Source: Candidatus Hydrogenedentota bacterium
GTDB lineage: Bacteria; Hydrogenedentota; Hydrogenedentia; Hydrogenedentales; SLHB01
Reading direction: 5' to 3'
Assembly: GCA_045863335.1 (NCBI GenBank)
Contig: BTVY01000002.1
Coordinates: 192,562-256,561 of the forward strand
Length of the DNA stretch: 64,000 nucleotides
The notes under the pieces are model-generated. The model had not been told where the DNA came from, did no database searches, and saw only the letters and a list, made by a program, of their open reading frames with translations. Made by a program: the position numbers and the translations under genes. Below, piece by piece: positions 29,082 through 38,697 of this stretch (position 1 is the first letter of the stretch; the number at the start of each line of letters is the position of its first letter).

Positions 29082-30404
29082 ATGATTTTGCGGTCCGTGG
29101 TAATCCGCTCGTTTTTCATCCTGAGCCTGCTTGCATTCAGTTGCGGCGCGTTGGCCGACGATGCGCCGCCCCACAATCTGCCGGATCGCGAGGAATGGTT
29201 CAGCGATCTCGGTTTGGGGCTGTTCATCCATTGGAGCGTGGATTCCCAACTGGGATCGGTGATCAGCCACTCGCTGGTGGGGTCGTCCGAGGAGTATGCC
29301 GACCGGTTCTTCTCGGAGTTGCCGACGACCTTTGAGCCAAAGCAATTCAATCCGGAGGACTGGGCGCGGCTCGCGCGCGTCGCCGGAATTCGTTACGTCA
29401 TGTTCACGGCGAAGCATCACAGCGGTTTCTGCATGTTCGATACGAAGTCCACGGACTTCTCGATCATGCACACACCCCTCAAGCGCGACATCACGGGCGA
29501 GGTGATGGACGCGTTTCGCGCGGAAGAAATCGCAACGGGCATCTACTTCTCCCCCGAAGACGCGTGGATCATGCATAAGCAAGGGCATGTCGTGGCGCGG
29601 AGGCGTCCCTACGCGCTCCCGTCAAACAATCCGGAGATGCTCGAGCACAATCGCCGGCAATTGACAGAGTTATTCACAAACTACGGCGCCATCGATCTGG
29701 CCTTCCTGGACAGTCCCGACGCGGCCGATGCGGTCAAGACAATCTGGGACATTAACCGGAACGTCGTCATTACGCGCGGCGTCATGGAAACCCCGGAGCA
29801 GACGACGCCCGATGCCCCACTCCCGCCGCCGTGGGAGGCCTGCTACACGCTGGGATCCCAATGGCAGTTCAAGCCGACCAACGAAGACTACAAGTCCGGC
29901 ACCGAATTGATAGAGATGCTCATCGAGATCCGGGCCAAGGGCGGCAATCTGTTAATCAACGTTGGCCCGGAGCCCTCGGGGGTCATCCCGTTCGAGCAGG
30001 AGCGTATCCTGCGCGAACTGGCGCTGTGGATGTTCGTCAACGGCGAGGCGATATACGAGGTGCGGCCTTGGCACGTCATCCGGGAAGGCGACATCTGGTT
30101 CACCAAGGCGAAGGATGACGATACGGTTTACGCCTTCCTGACAAAGCAGCATCCCTGGAAACGGGGCGAACGGCGCGAGTTCGTATTGAAGACAGTGCGG
30201 GCCACAACGGCGACTACCATCGACGTGCTTGGACACAGCGGAACCTTAATCGAATACCAACCCGATGCCGACGCCAAGCCGCGCGCGGAGCAGCGAGATG
30301 ACGGCCTCCATATCAGCGTCGTGCGCGGCCAACGGTTGTATAACAATCACGAGTGGCCTAATCCGGTGGTGGTGCGAATGAGGAAGGTGGAGGAGAGTCT
30401 TTAG
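29082..30404 (+). CDS. Alpha-L-fucosidase (GH29)
   Basis: Signal peptide; GLFIHW, FNPEDW, TAKHHSGF, WEAC, GGNLLINVGP. Confidence 0.88.
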   Translation: MILRSVVIRSFFILSLLAFSCGALADDAPPHNLPDREEWFSDLGLGLFIHWSVDSQLGSVISHSLVGSSEEYADRFFSELPTTFEPKQFNPEDWARLARVAGIRYVMFTAKHHSGFCMFDTKSTDFSIMHTPLKRDITGEVMDAFRAEEIATGIYFSPEDAWIMHKQGHVVARRRPYALPSNNPEMLEHNRRQLTELFTNYGAIDLAFLDSPDAADAVKTIWDINRNVVITRGVMETPEQTTPDAPLPPPWEACYTLGSQWQFKPTNEDYKSGTELIEMLIEIRAKGGNLLINVGPEPSGVIPFEQERILRELALWMFVNGEAIYEVRPWHVIREGDIWFTKAKDDDTVYAFLTKQHPWKRGERREFVLKTVRATTATTIDVLGHSGTLIEYQPDADAKPRAEQRDDGLHISVVRGQRLYNNHEWPNPVVVRMRKVEESL

Positions 30405-30473
30405 TCTGGAGTCTTGAAGTCGGGAAACCAGCCGGTTGGTCAGCCGCCCGTGATAAGGGTCAGAGCCGGCAAT

Positions 30474-30563
30474 CTGTAGCGTCCCGGCTTCCACGCCGGG
30501 CGATACTCGCAGCCGAAGTTCTATGAGGGGAATCACGCCCGGCGTGGAAGCCGGGCGCTACAG
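30474..30563. repeat. Inverted pair of GTAG-type REP elements
   Basis: CTGTAGCGTCCCGGCTTCCACGCCGGGCG (30474-30502) and CGCCCGGCGTGGAAGCCGGGCGCTACAG (30536-30563). Confidence 0.85.
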
Positions 30564-30652
30564 GAACGTTTTCTACTATTGGCCGACGGTTAGGAAGGAC
30601 AACCGACATTTCGATCGCGTTCGACACGCCGGAGAAGCCCTCCCTATTTTAC

Positions 30653-30694
30653 CTCCAGCCTCCAGCCTCCAGTCTCCAGTCTCCAGTCGCCAGC
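30653..30694. repeat. Heptamer tandem repeat (CTCCAGY x6)
   Basis: ctccagc ctccagc ctccagt ctccagt ctccagt cgccagc, abutting the stop codon at 30695. Confidence 0.85.
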
Positions 30695-31480
30695 CTACAA
30701 TCCCAGATCGTCCATCGCCTGTTCTTGACGCTGGGTCTGCTGCGATCCGATATCCCGGGCGCCGCCGCGCGCGCGGCTGCCCGCGGCGCTCGAACCCGCA
30801 CTGCTCATGCTATTGAGTTCATTCTGAATGCCGATGCCGGTCATGGTTTCACCCATGAGTCCCCCGCCTCCAACACCCGGCTGTCGCGTGCCGGTTTGCG
30901 CGGTCTGCCCGCCGTAAGGCGCAACCTGATTGGGCGACTGACCCTGGGGTTCGTAGAGCGCGCCGGTCTGCGGGTCGTAAATAAACGGCATCCCGTTGTT
31001 CGCCTTCGGAACTTCTTTCAAATAAGTTGGTGCCAGTTGGTCCAGCGAAGTCGGATAGTATCCCGTCGCCATTCCATACTGATTGATGGCGCCACGGATT
31101 CGCGCCATCTTGTCGGTGTTGGATTCCTGTGAACGTGCCGGCTGCGGCGCAACAGGTCCGTCGAGCAGCACTTTACCAGTGGATGGATCATACCCGTAGG
31201 GGCGACCATCGGGCTGCGTCGGCACCTGGGTGAAGTACTCGGGTACAAGTGCCTGCAATGACGCGGGGTACTCGCCATGTTCCGCGGCGTAGGCCTGGAT
31301 TGCGTGATTGATTTCGATGTCCGAGGTCGTTTGCTGGGCGTTTTCCAACTGCCGCTGCAGGGTACCGAGCTGTTCGGCTTGCAGTTCGCTCTGAATCGCC
31401 GTCGACATCAGCATGTCGAGCATACAACCGGTCGTCATGAGCGGAACGAGGCTCAATACGATGAGTTTGAAGTGTCGCAT
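30695..31480 (-). CDS. Putative lipoprotein with two tandem GspG/pilin-head-like repeats
   Basis: Lipobox-like MTTG|C; twice AI..Y....G.YP.SL..L.P.Y...VP....G.P..YDP.TG; AGGAGG RBS. Confidence 0.7.
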   Translation of the reverse strand: MRHFKLIVLSLVPLMTTGCMLDMLMSTAIQSELQAEQLGTLQRQLENAQQTTSDIEINHAIQAYAAEHGEYPASLQALVPEYFTQVPTQPDGRPYGYDPSTGKVLLDGPVAPQPARSQESNTDKMARIRGAINQYGMATGYYPTSLDQLAPTYLKEVPKANNGMPFIYDPQTGALYEPQGQSPNQVAPYGGQTAQTGTRQPGVGGGGLMGETMTGIGIQNELNSMSSAGSSAAGSRARGGARDIGSQQTQRQEQAMDDLGL

Positions 31481-31648
31481 GACACATCCCTCCTGTCCTT
31501 CATTCAGTATATCATAGGTGGCGCTGAGCCGTTCGAACGAGTCAGGGCATGCAATCCCCGAACTTGGGAGCCAGAAATGGACGCGGCGCGGAATCCCGTT
31601 TGGGTTCCGCGCCGCTTTCCTGCCTTGCAGCTTGAATTTACGTTGAAG

Positions 31649-33034
31649 TTACAGGTTGTAACCCGCTTCTTCGTGCAGACTGATATCGAGACCCTGGGTC
31701 TCCTGCTGTTCACTCACGCGAAGCCCAACCACGACATCCACTATCTTGAGCAGGATGAAGCTGAGCACGCCACAGTAGACGATGGTCACCAGCGCGCCCT
31801 TGACCTGCTGGATGAACTGCGCACCGATGCTGATCTCTTCCCAGCCGCCGAGACTGGTCGAGGCGAAGACACCGGTCAACAGCGCGCCCACAAGGCCGCC
31901 GATACCGTGCACGCCGAATGCGTCCAGGGAGTCGTCATAGCCCAGCGCGCGCTTCAGGGACGTGGCACCGAGGAAACAGATGCCGCCGGACGCGAGCCCG
32001 ATGACCAGCGCGCCCATGGGGCCAACGGTGCCAGATGCAGGGGTGATCGCAACCAGGCCGGCAACGGCGCCCGTCACGGTACCAAGGGCGCTGGGTTTGC
32101 CATGTTTGCCCCATTCGATGAACATCCATGCCAGAGCCGCGGCGGCGGTCGCAATCTGCGTCACGAGCATGGCCATACCCGCGGAACCGTTCGCGGCAAC
32201 AGCACTGCCGGCATTGAATCCGAACCAGCCGACCCACAGCATCCCCGCCCCGGTGACCGTCATCGTGAGGTTATGCGGGGGCATGGGCGTCGTGGGATAA
32301 CCGCGGCGTTTGCCTACCAGGATGGCGGCGATCAGGGCCGCAACACCCGCATTGATGTGTACGACCGTGCCGCCGGCAAAGTCGAGCACGCCCCAGAGGT
32401 CGCCCATGAGCGAACCGCCGCCGGACCACACCATGTGGCACACGGGCGCGTAGACGAAGGTGAACCATAGCGCGGTGAACAAGAGCACCGCGGAAAACTT
32501 CATGCGTTCCGCGAACGCGCCCGCGATCAGCGCCGGGGTGATGATTGCGAAGGTCAACTGGAAACACACGAAGACGGACAGGGGGATCGTGCCGGACAGC
32601 TCGTCCGGGGATACGCCTTTCAGGAAGAGATAGGAGAACCCGCCCACGAAGGATCGCAGATTCAATACCCCCTCCTCCATACCCGTCGTATCAAATGCGA
32701 GACTGTACCCGTAAATGACCCACAGAATTGTCACCAACGCCGTGATCGCGAAACATTGCATCAGGACGGACAGCACGTTCCGGGTTCGCACCAATCCACC
32801 GTAGAACAACGACAGTCCGGGGATCGTCATGAACAAGACCAATGCCGTAGCCGTCAGCATCCACGCGGTATCGCCCGTGTCCAGTACCGGCGCTTCCTCC
32901 ACGACCTCCACGGCCGGCACCGCTTCTTCCTGCGCGACCGAAGTCAACACAGGGACGCACAGGAACGCAAGAAGCAGCGCGATGCGCAGGTATGGTGTGG
33001 CTGCCGCCTCACTTACTCTTCCAAACAAACCCAT
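31649..33034 (-). CDS. amt: Ammonium transporter
   Basis: FYGGLVR, FQLTFAIIT, DFAGGTVVH, LWVGWFGFNAGS, DDSLDAFGVHG; start at 33034 after AGAGGAG. Confidence 0.95.
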   Translation of the reverse strand: MGLFGRVSEAAATPYLRIALLLAFLCVPVLTSVAQEEAVPAVEVVEEAPVLDTGDTAWMLTATALVLFMTIPGLSLFYGGLVRTRNVLSVLMQCFAITALVTILWVIYGYSLAFDTTGMEEGVLNLRSFVGGFSYLFLKGVSPDELSGTIPLSVFVCFQLTFAIITPALIAGAFAERMKFSAVLLFTALWFTFVYAPVCHMVWSGGGSLMGDLWGVLDFAGGTVVHINAGVAALIAAILVGKRRGYPTTPMPPHNLTMTVTGAGMLWVGWFGFNAGSAVAANGSAGMAMLVTQIATAAAALAWMFIEWGKHGKPSALGTVTGAVAGLVAITPASGTVGPMGALVIGLASGGICFLGATSLKRALGYDDSLDAFGVHGIGGLVGALLTGVFASTSLGGWEEISIGAQFIQQVKGALVTIVYCGVLSFILLKIVDVVVGLRVSEQQETQGLDISLHEEAGYNL

Positions 33035-33141
33035 TACCCGATCTCCTCTTTCGTGCGGTATCGAGCGCTGCCGCGCCCGGAACTCCCTTTCAACCGGCTC
33101 ACTCCGTGTTCGATAACACTGGGCCGAGCACCAACCAACCA

Positions 33142-33525
<384 letters not shown>

Positions 33526-33586
33526 CTAGATTACTTACACTAGATTCAGCGCTATCGAAACCCGTGCACGTGTCGATATGGGCAAG

Positions 33587-33603
33587 AGCAAACCGTATGC
33601 CAA
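33587..33603 (-). promoter_or_regulatory. Putative sigma54 promoter of glnK-amt
   Basis: Minus strand TTGGCATACGGTTTGCT (GG-N10-GC), about 100 nt upstream of glnK. Confidence 0.75.
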
Positions 33604-34002
33604 CTGGATTCCGGCATACATCCCGGCCCGGCAGCGGGAACCCTCCGATCCCCATGTAAGGAACGTTCCTGTAGACGCTTACGACGGTTGAACCGATAAA
33701 TAATACGCCCACGAACTCCGGGAATACCTGATCGACACCCAGGTGACACGCCGAGACAAAACATACATTTTGGTAATTCACACCGCAGAGGTTTCTACCA
33801 TCCGGTATCTTTCCTTGCCATTTGGGACGGCCAAGAAAGGTCCGACTCTGGTTTAGCGGATTTCTGGACCAACCGCGCTGAATCCTCGATATCCGGGAAA
33901 AACTTAACCACTGCTACGGGTGCGAAGCATCCCATTCGTGCGGCATAACCAAGCGACGAAGCGTAGCGATGACCCAGAATACGCAGCGGAATTAGAAGCG
34001 AG

Positions 34003-34031
34003 TTGACACTGATGACTACGATCTGTATACT
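34003..34031 (+). promoter_or_regulatory. Near-consensus sigma70 promoter
   Basis: TTGACA-N17-TATACT. Confidence 0.75.
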
Positions 34032-34106
34032 GTTGGCGATCGATAGAGTTAGAACGGATTGCACATCTCACGCAGTTGGTATGGGTCAAGGGGTACCGTT
34101 GGGTCG

Positions 34107-34712
34107 ATGACAGCCCAGAAACGGGAAAACGCATTGAGCGTCGCGTTGGCGACCCTGTTGGGGTCCAAAGCGCGTGCCGCGATTCTTCGGCTCTTCCTGG
34201 CCGACCCGACTCGGGCCTACTACCAGCGACAGATTGAGGCGGCAACCGGGCTTCCTATCCGGGCGGTCCAACGCGAATTGGAACGTCTCCAGTCAATTGA
34301 ATTCCTCTATCGGCATACGGAAGGGAACCGGACCTACTACCAGGTTGACATGTTGTTCCCCCTGTTTCAGGAACTGCGCGCCCTCGTATTGAAGGCGGCA
34401 AGCCCGCTGGACCGACTCCGGGGAGCCGTGGCGGTCAACCCGAGTGTTTTGATCGCGCTGCTCGACGAGGACGCAAACCAAGTGCTCCTCGTGACCACGG
34501 GGCCCGAAGCACCGCCGATACCGCCCATGGAACCGTACGCCATTGAAACCATGTCGCGCGAAGCGTTCGCCAGGGAATTGGCGGAGCGCTCCGCGCGTAT
34601 TGATAGCCTGCTCACACGGAGCGTGGATTTGCTCGGAAGAAGGGAAGACGTCGTCTGGCGTCGGATCGAAGCCGCAGGCTATTCGATCCAGAAAGGGAAA
34701 GGTGTGGCTTAA
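34107..34712 (+). CDS. Winged-helix protein with degenerate minimal nucleotidyltransferase-like C-terminal domain
   Basis: LLGSKARAAILRLFL..YYQRQI..VQRELERL..GNRTYYQ..PLFQELRALVLK is typical of wHTH-MNT proteins; the GS/DxD motif is absent. Confidence 0.7.
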   Translation: MTAQKRENALSVALATLLGSKARAAILRLFLADPTRAYYQRQIEAATGLPIRAVQRELERLQSIEFLYRHTEGNRTYYQVDMLFPLFQELRALVLKAASPLDRLRGAVAVNPSVLIALLDEDANQVLLVTTGPEAPPIPPMEPYAIETMSREAFARELAERSARIDSLLTRSVDLLGRREDVVWRRIEAAGYSIQKGKGVA

Positions 34713-34713
34713 C

Positions 34714-36144
34714 ATGCGGACAACCAGCGCAATTCAGCGGTTGTGTGAATCGTGGTGGGAGAAGCTCGCGGATTCCACGCGGGAAGACCAGCACCTGTAC
34801 GCGGAGAAATTCCTCGCGCTCCTCGGATGGAACGAGTCCGACGAACTCGAGCCGGCCGCGGTCCCGGGCCATCCCACGACCCTGGCCTATATCATCCGGT
34901 CGGGCGAACAGACGAGCATGGTCGCGTACTTCGTGCTGCCCGGGGTGCTGGAACCGCCCAGCAACGCGATCAAGCGAAGCCTGGACTTCTGCCCCATCAC
35001 CCGCGCCCTCGTCGACATGAACCGCGTCTTCGGCGCGCCCTACGCTTATGTGACCGACTTGTTCCGATCCTACTTGTATGATGCCAAGACCGACGAACTG
35101 CTGTTGGTGGCCGATACGCCCGCGGCGTTCACGTCCGAGTTTGGGGACGTTCTGCTGCGATCGAACGTGGAAGCGGGCTCGCTGGACGACGTGCGGCGGC
35201 AACCCCGCAGCTATGTGGCGCGGCAATTGCGCGAATGGATTCATCGCTGGACCGAAACCCTGATGAGTGAGTGGCGGGCGCCGGAAGAGGCTGCCTGGCT
35301 CGCCATGGACCGTATGGTAACCCTGCGGTTTCTGGCCGAGCACGACATCCTTCGGAGGCCCGGCGCCTCGCCCAACCCCATCAAACGCCGTCTCACCCCG
35401 CCGCCCAGCGGGTCGGAGGAAGGCTGCGGTCATGCGTTAACGTCACTATGCAAAGACATATTTGAGCAGTGGGGCGCGGGCCTCTTCGCACCGCAGCCTC
35501 CGGTAGAGGCGATCCTCGCGCAGGACGCGGTTGCGGGTCCGCTCGTCAACGAGTTGGCCCTCCAGTCGCGCGGCAAGTTCAGTCTCGCCACGGTGCTCGA
35601 AAGCTTCAACTACGGCGACGCGGCGGAGAAGGCGCGCGTTCGCATGATTCCCGAGGATAACGAGGAACGGCAGGCGTACCTCGCGCAACAAACCTGCGCG
35701 ACCATCGACGAGGCGCGCATTGAACTCGATCTTGCCGATGAAGGTTACCGCGCGATCTTCCGCTGGTTCGATCAGTTGGTCGAACTGTACGCCCGGCTCG
35801 GCGCAGAGTTCGAAGCCGCCACGCAGGCGGAACAGACCGGTGCTTCAGACCTGGACCTATTCGATTGGTCGGAGATCAATGCGAAACGGCCCAGCGCCTT
35901 CAGCGATGGACTCCGCCACGCCATCGAGCAAGGCCTGACGATCTACTGCAGTTCGCCGCGCCAATTCCGCACCGCGCGGTTGATCCTGTACTTGCACCTC
36001 GCCACGCGCTACGAACACGGCGATGCCCGATTCGAGATATTCCCCACCGTGGAGACCGCGCTTCAACGCCGTCCTCACATGCTCGATTCCGACCGGCGCC
36101 GCATCTTCCAGGGTTCGTCCGAAGACGAGTGGGAAGTGATCTAG
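34714..36144 (+). CDS. Hypothetical protein resembling a catalytically degenerate, truncated type IIG (Eco57I-like) restriction-modification enzyme
   Basis: Collinear motifs FLALLGW, YVTDLFRSYLYD, VEAGSLD, MDRMVTLRFL, WGAGLF; no ExK, DPACGSG or NPPY. Confidence 0.55.
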   Translation: MRTTSAIQRLCESWWEKLADSTREDQHLYAEKFLALLGWNESDELEPAAVPGHPTTLAYIIRSGEQTSMVAYFVLPGVLEPPSNAIKRSLDFCPITRALVDMNRVFGAPYAYVTDLFRSYLYDAKTDELLLVADTPAAFTSEFGDVLLRSNVEAGSLDDVRRQPRSYVARQLREWIHRWTETLMSEWRAPEEAAWLAMDRMVTLRFLAEHDILRRPGASPNPIKRRLTPPPSGSEEGCGHALTSLCKDIFEQWGAGLFAPQPPVEAILAQDAVAGPLVNELALQSRGKFSLATVLESFNYGDAAEKARVRMIPEDNEERQAYLAQQTCATIDEARIELDLADEGYRAIFRWFDQLVELYARLGAEFEAATQAEQTGASDLDLFDWSEINAKRPSAFSDGLRHAIEQGLTIYCSSPRQFRTARLILYLHLATRYEHGDARFEIFPTVETALQRRPHMLDSDRRRIFQGSSEDEWEVI

Positions 36145-36324
36145 CAGGATACGCACTTACCATAGCGTTAACCTTCCGGCGCTGACTTGACTCAGCCCTC
36201 GTTTACGCATAGCGTAACGCAGGGGACAGACCGGCGTTTCCCGCCGGTTCCGGGTGCGGCCACGTGTCCAAGGCAGTCTACCCTTCCCCCATGACCGGCT
36301 ACAGAGATAAACAGAGGGAGACGT

Positions 36325-37470
36325 ATGACCATGAAACCATTCGGAATCGCATTTCTCGCGTTCGCGTTAATCGCGCCCATCGTTTCGGCGCAAGGTGCGG
36401 GGTTGGACCAGCTTTACCAGCTCAACGACGCACAATCCCGCTCCATTAGCCCGGAGAACTTCACGGGCGAAAAGGGCAAGGGCGGCATGGCGACCCTGGA
36501 AGAGGGCACCGCAGCGAAGGCCGCGCGCGAACTCGGCCAGGGCTGGAAGGTCAACCCGTACGTGCACATCAAGCCGGGTGAAACATTCACGATGGGCGAG
36601 ATCGACGGCTCCGGGATCATTCGTCATATCTGGATGACGCCCGTCGGCGATTACCGGCTCATGATCTTTCGCATCTATTGGGACGATGAAGAAGCGGCCT
36701 CGGTTGAAGTGCCCGTGGGCGACTTCTTCGCAGCCGGTTGGGGCATCGGCAACGAGCCGCAGATTGCCTCGCTGGCCGTGTGTGTGAATCCCCGCAGCGG
36801 ATTCAACTCGTACTGGAAGATGCCGTTCCGCAAGGGCGCGAAGATCACCATGGAGAACCTGGGCGAGAAACAGGCTACGGTCTACTACCAGATCGATTAC
36901 TCGCTCGAAGACGTGGCGAAAGACACCCCCTACTTCCACGCCCAGTTCCGCCGCACCAATCCGCTCCCGTACAAGGAAGTGTTCACCATCGTCGATGGCA
37001 TCAAGGGCAAGGGCCAATACGTGGGCACCTACCTCGCCCACGGCGCAAACAGCCCGGGCTGGTGGGGCGAAGGCGAAATCAAGTTCTTCATCGACGGTGA
37101 CGGCGAGTTCCCCACCATCTGCGGCACCGGCGAGGAAGATTACTTCTGCGGCTCCTACGGCTATGAGGAACAAGAAGAAAACGGCAAATACACCTACACC
37201 AGTTTCAGCAGCCCCTACACGGGCTTCTACCACGTGCCCTTCGAGGGCGAGCAACGCCGCTTCGGCCAGTACCGCTGGCACATCACCGATCCCGTCCGAT
37301 TCGATCAGGATCTGAGGATCACGATCCAGGCCTTGGGTTGGCAGAGCGAAGGCCGGTACCTGCCCTTGCAGGACGACCTGGCCGCGGTCTCCTACTGGTA
37401 CCAGATGGAGCCGCACGCGCCCTTCCCCGCCCTGCCGGCGAAAGAAGCGCTGGTGATTACGAACGAGTGA
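36325..37470 (+). CDS. DUF2961 / GH172-like glycoside hydrolase
   Basis: SRSISPENFTGEKGKGG, IRHIWMT, VPVGDFF, NSYWKMPF, WWGEGEIKFFIDG, GTGEEDYF. Confidence 0.9.
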   Translation: MTMKPFGIAFLAFALIAPIVSAQGAGLDQLYQLNDAQSRSISPENFTGEKGKGGMATLEEGTAAKAARELGQGWKVNPYVHIKPGETFTMGEIDGSGIIRHIWMTPVGDYRLMIFRIYWDDEEAASVEVPVGDFFAAGWGIGNEPQIASLAVCVNPRSGFNSYWKMPFRKGAKITMENLGEKQATVYYQIDYSLEDVAKDTPYFHAQFRRTNPLPYKEVFTIVDGIKGKGQYVGTYLAHGANSPGWWGEGEIKFFIDGDGEFPTICGTGEEDYFCGSYGYEEQEENGKYTYTSFSSPYTGFYHVPFEGEQRRFGQYRWHITDPVRFDQDLRITIQALGWQSEGRYLPLQDDLAAVSYWYQMEPHAPFPALPAKEALVITNE

Positions 37471-37484
37471 CCGCGTAGCGGAGC

Positions 37485-37687
37485 GAGAATAGGACCTATA
37501 GGACCTACAGACTGATAGGACGAACAGGACGTAGACGCGTATGCCACGGGACATTCCGGGGCCGGATTCGGTTCCAGAGATCTCGGTTCGGAAACGATGA
37601 AGCGGATCGCGCCGTCGGTTGAGGAATAATCGTCAGCTACGCGTTGCGTGTCCTATCGGTCCTATTCGTCCGATAGGTCCTATTCTC
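37485..37687. repeat. Two inverted arrays of 9-bp (A/T/G)ATAGGACC repeats between convergent genes
   Basis: gagaataggacc tataggacc.. (37485-37531) versus tgtcctatc ggtcctatt cgtccgata ggtcctattctc (37649-37687). Confidence 0.75.
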
Positions 37688-37712
37688 CATCTTCCGGAGT
37701 AGCACTTCGCAC

Positions 37713-38396
37713 TCACGCCCGCGTGACCACCACTTCCCGGGGCCGCTTCCGCGTCGTGGCGAACTGGGCTACCGCGCCGGAGATGGCCACGAGAGCCCAG
37801 CAGGTGATCAGCACCTGCCGGTCTTTGCCGAGTTCGACCGGCTGTTGAAGTATGTCGAGAAACGAGGGGCCTACAAGAAAGAAGGCAATCCCGCATACGA
37901 CGATCCACGCCCCCAAGGCGGCCGTGGCGAGCACCATGATGCCGCGCTCCAGCGCGATGGCGATGAGGCCGCCCGCCAGCGCACAACCGAAGACAATCCA
38001 GATCGCGTACGGATTGGTGGAATCCGCCATCACCGTGTAGGTGACCAGCGCCGAACCCAAGAAACCCACTAGGAATACGCCGAACTTGTAGAGAAAGAAG
38101 AGCGCCATGGCGCCGCAAACGCCACCCACCAACCCGGCGATCGCCGCTACTGCCGTTTGCTCGGGAAACAACCAGACGATCAGCAATCCAGCCACTCCGC
38201 CCGCGAGGATGAATCCCGTGAGACCGATGACGACCTTCAAGGTCTTGTACCCCAGGAAGCAATACAGGGTGCCCACCGCGATGGCAATAGCTACCACGCC
38301 GTTAATTGTCGTTTCCGGCATCTGACTCAGTTCGGGAAAAGTTTCCACGCGCAACTCCGACTCGTTCTCGGACGATCTTGCGACTGCCCGACCCAT
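37713..38396 (-). CDS. DUF4203 / TMEM198-like membrane protein
   Basis: YCFLGYK..GFILAG glycine-rich TM helices; true start may be internal (MPETT). Confidence 0.75.
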   Translation of the reverse strand: MGRAVARSSENESELRVETFPELSQMPETTINGVVAIAIAVGTLYCFLGYKTLKVVIGLTGFILAGGVAGLLIVWLFPEQTAVAAIAGLVGGVCGAMALFFLYKFGVFLVGFLGSALVTYTVMADSTNPYAIWIVFGCALAGGLIAIALERGIMVLATAALGAWIVVCGIAFFLVGPSFLDILQQPVELGKDRQVLITCWALVAISGAVAQFATTRKRPREVVVTRA

Positions 38397-38547
38397 TTGT
38401 CAAGTGTTTACTAACGCGCACTGATTCGCCGAATGCGTTAAATAATTACTTTGCAACGTTTTACAACAACGCCTGATTTCCGGACGTGTCTCTCGTTTGC
38501 GATGCACAACGCCCTCTGCACTATTCCCCCTCGTACTTGCTATCGCG

Positions 38548-38576
38548 TTGATTTCCAACGGGAAACCTGATAAATT
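38548..38576 (+). promoter_or_regulatory. Putative sigma70 promoter upstream of the zinc-ribbon gene and arg cluster
   Basis: TTGATT-N17-TAAATT. Confidence 0.5.
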
Positions 38577-38697
38577 ATGCGCCTCTCCGCGACGTGGACG
38601 GTAACTTGTTCCATCCCACGCGGCCTGTCCATCGTGCTGATCGACAGGGATTTTCAGATGTTGCTGGAACCCGAGTTGTCAGGGAGCGACCTGAGCA

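Noticed and set aside
31277-32470. 397-aa plus-strand ORF, and similar long ORFs at 3130-4161, 25325-26431, 36367-37554 and 40329-41279
   Set aside because: Antisense shadows of well-supported genes; expected with high GC3 and showing no family motifs
33660-33670. GGAACGTTCC palindrome upstream of glnK as an NrpR operator
   Set aside because: NrpR boxes are GGAA-N6-TTCC and the spacing here is N2; no convincing NtrC box was found either
34714-36144. Calling this an active restriction enzyme or a pseudogene
   Set aside because: Catalytic motifs are missing, yet the frame is intact with a strong promoter and tight coupling, so neither label is supported
37485-37687. Short repeat arrays (also 11413-11451 and 30653-30694) as CRISPR
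   Set aside because: Units are 7-9 bp with no unique spacers, and there are no cas genes
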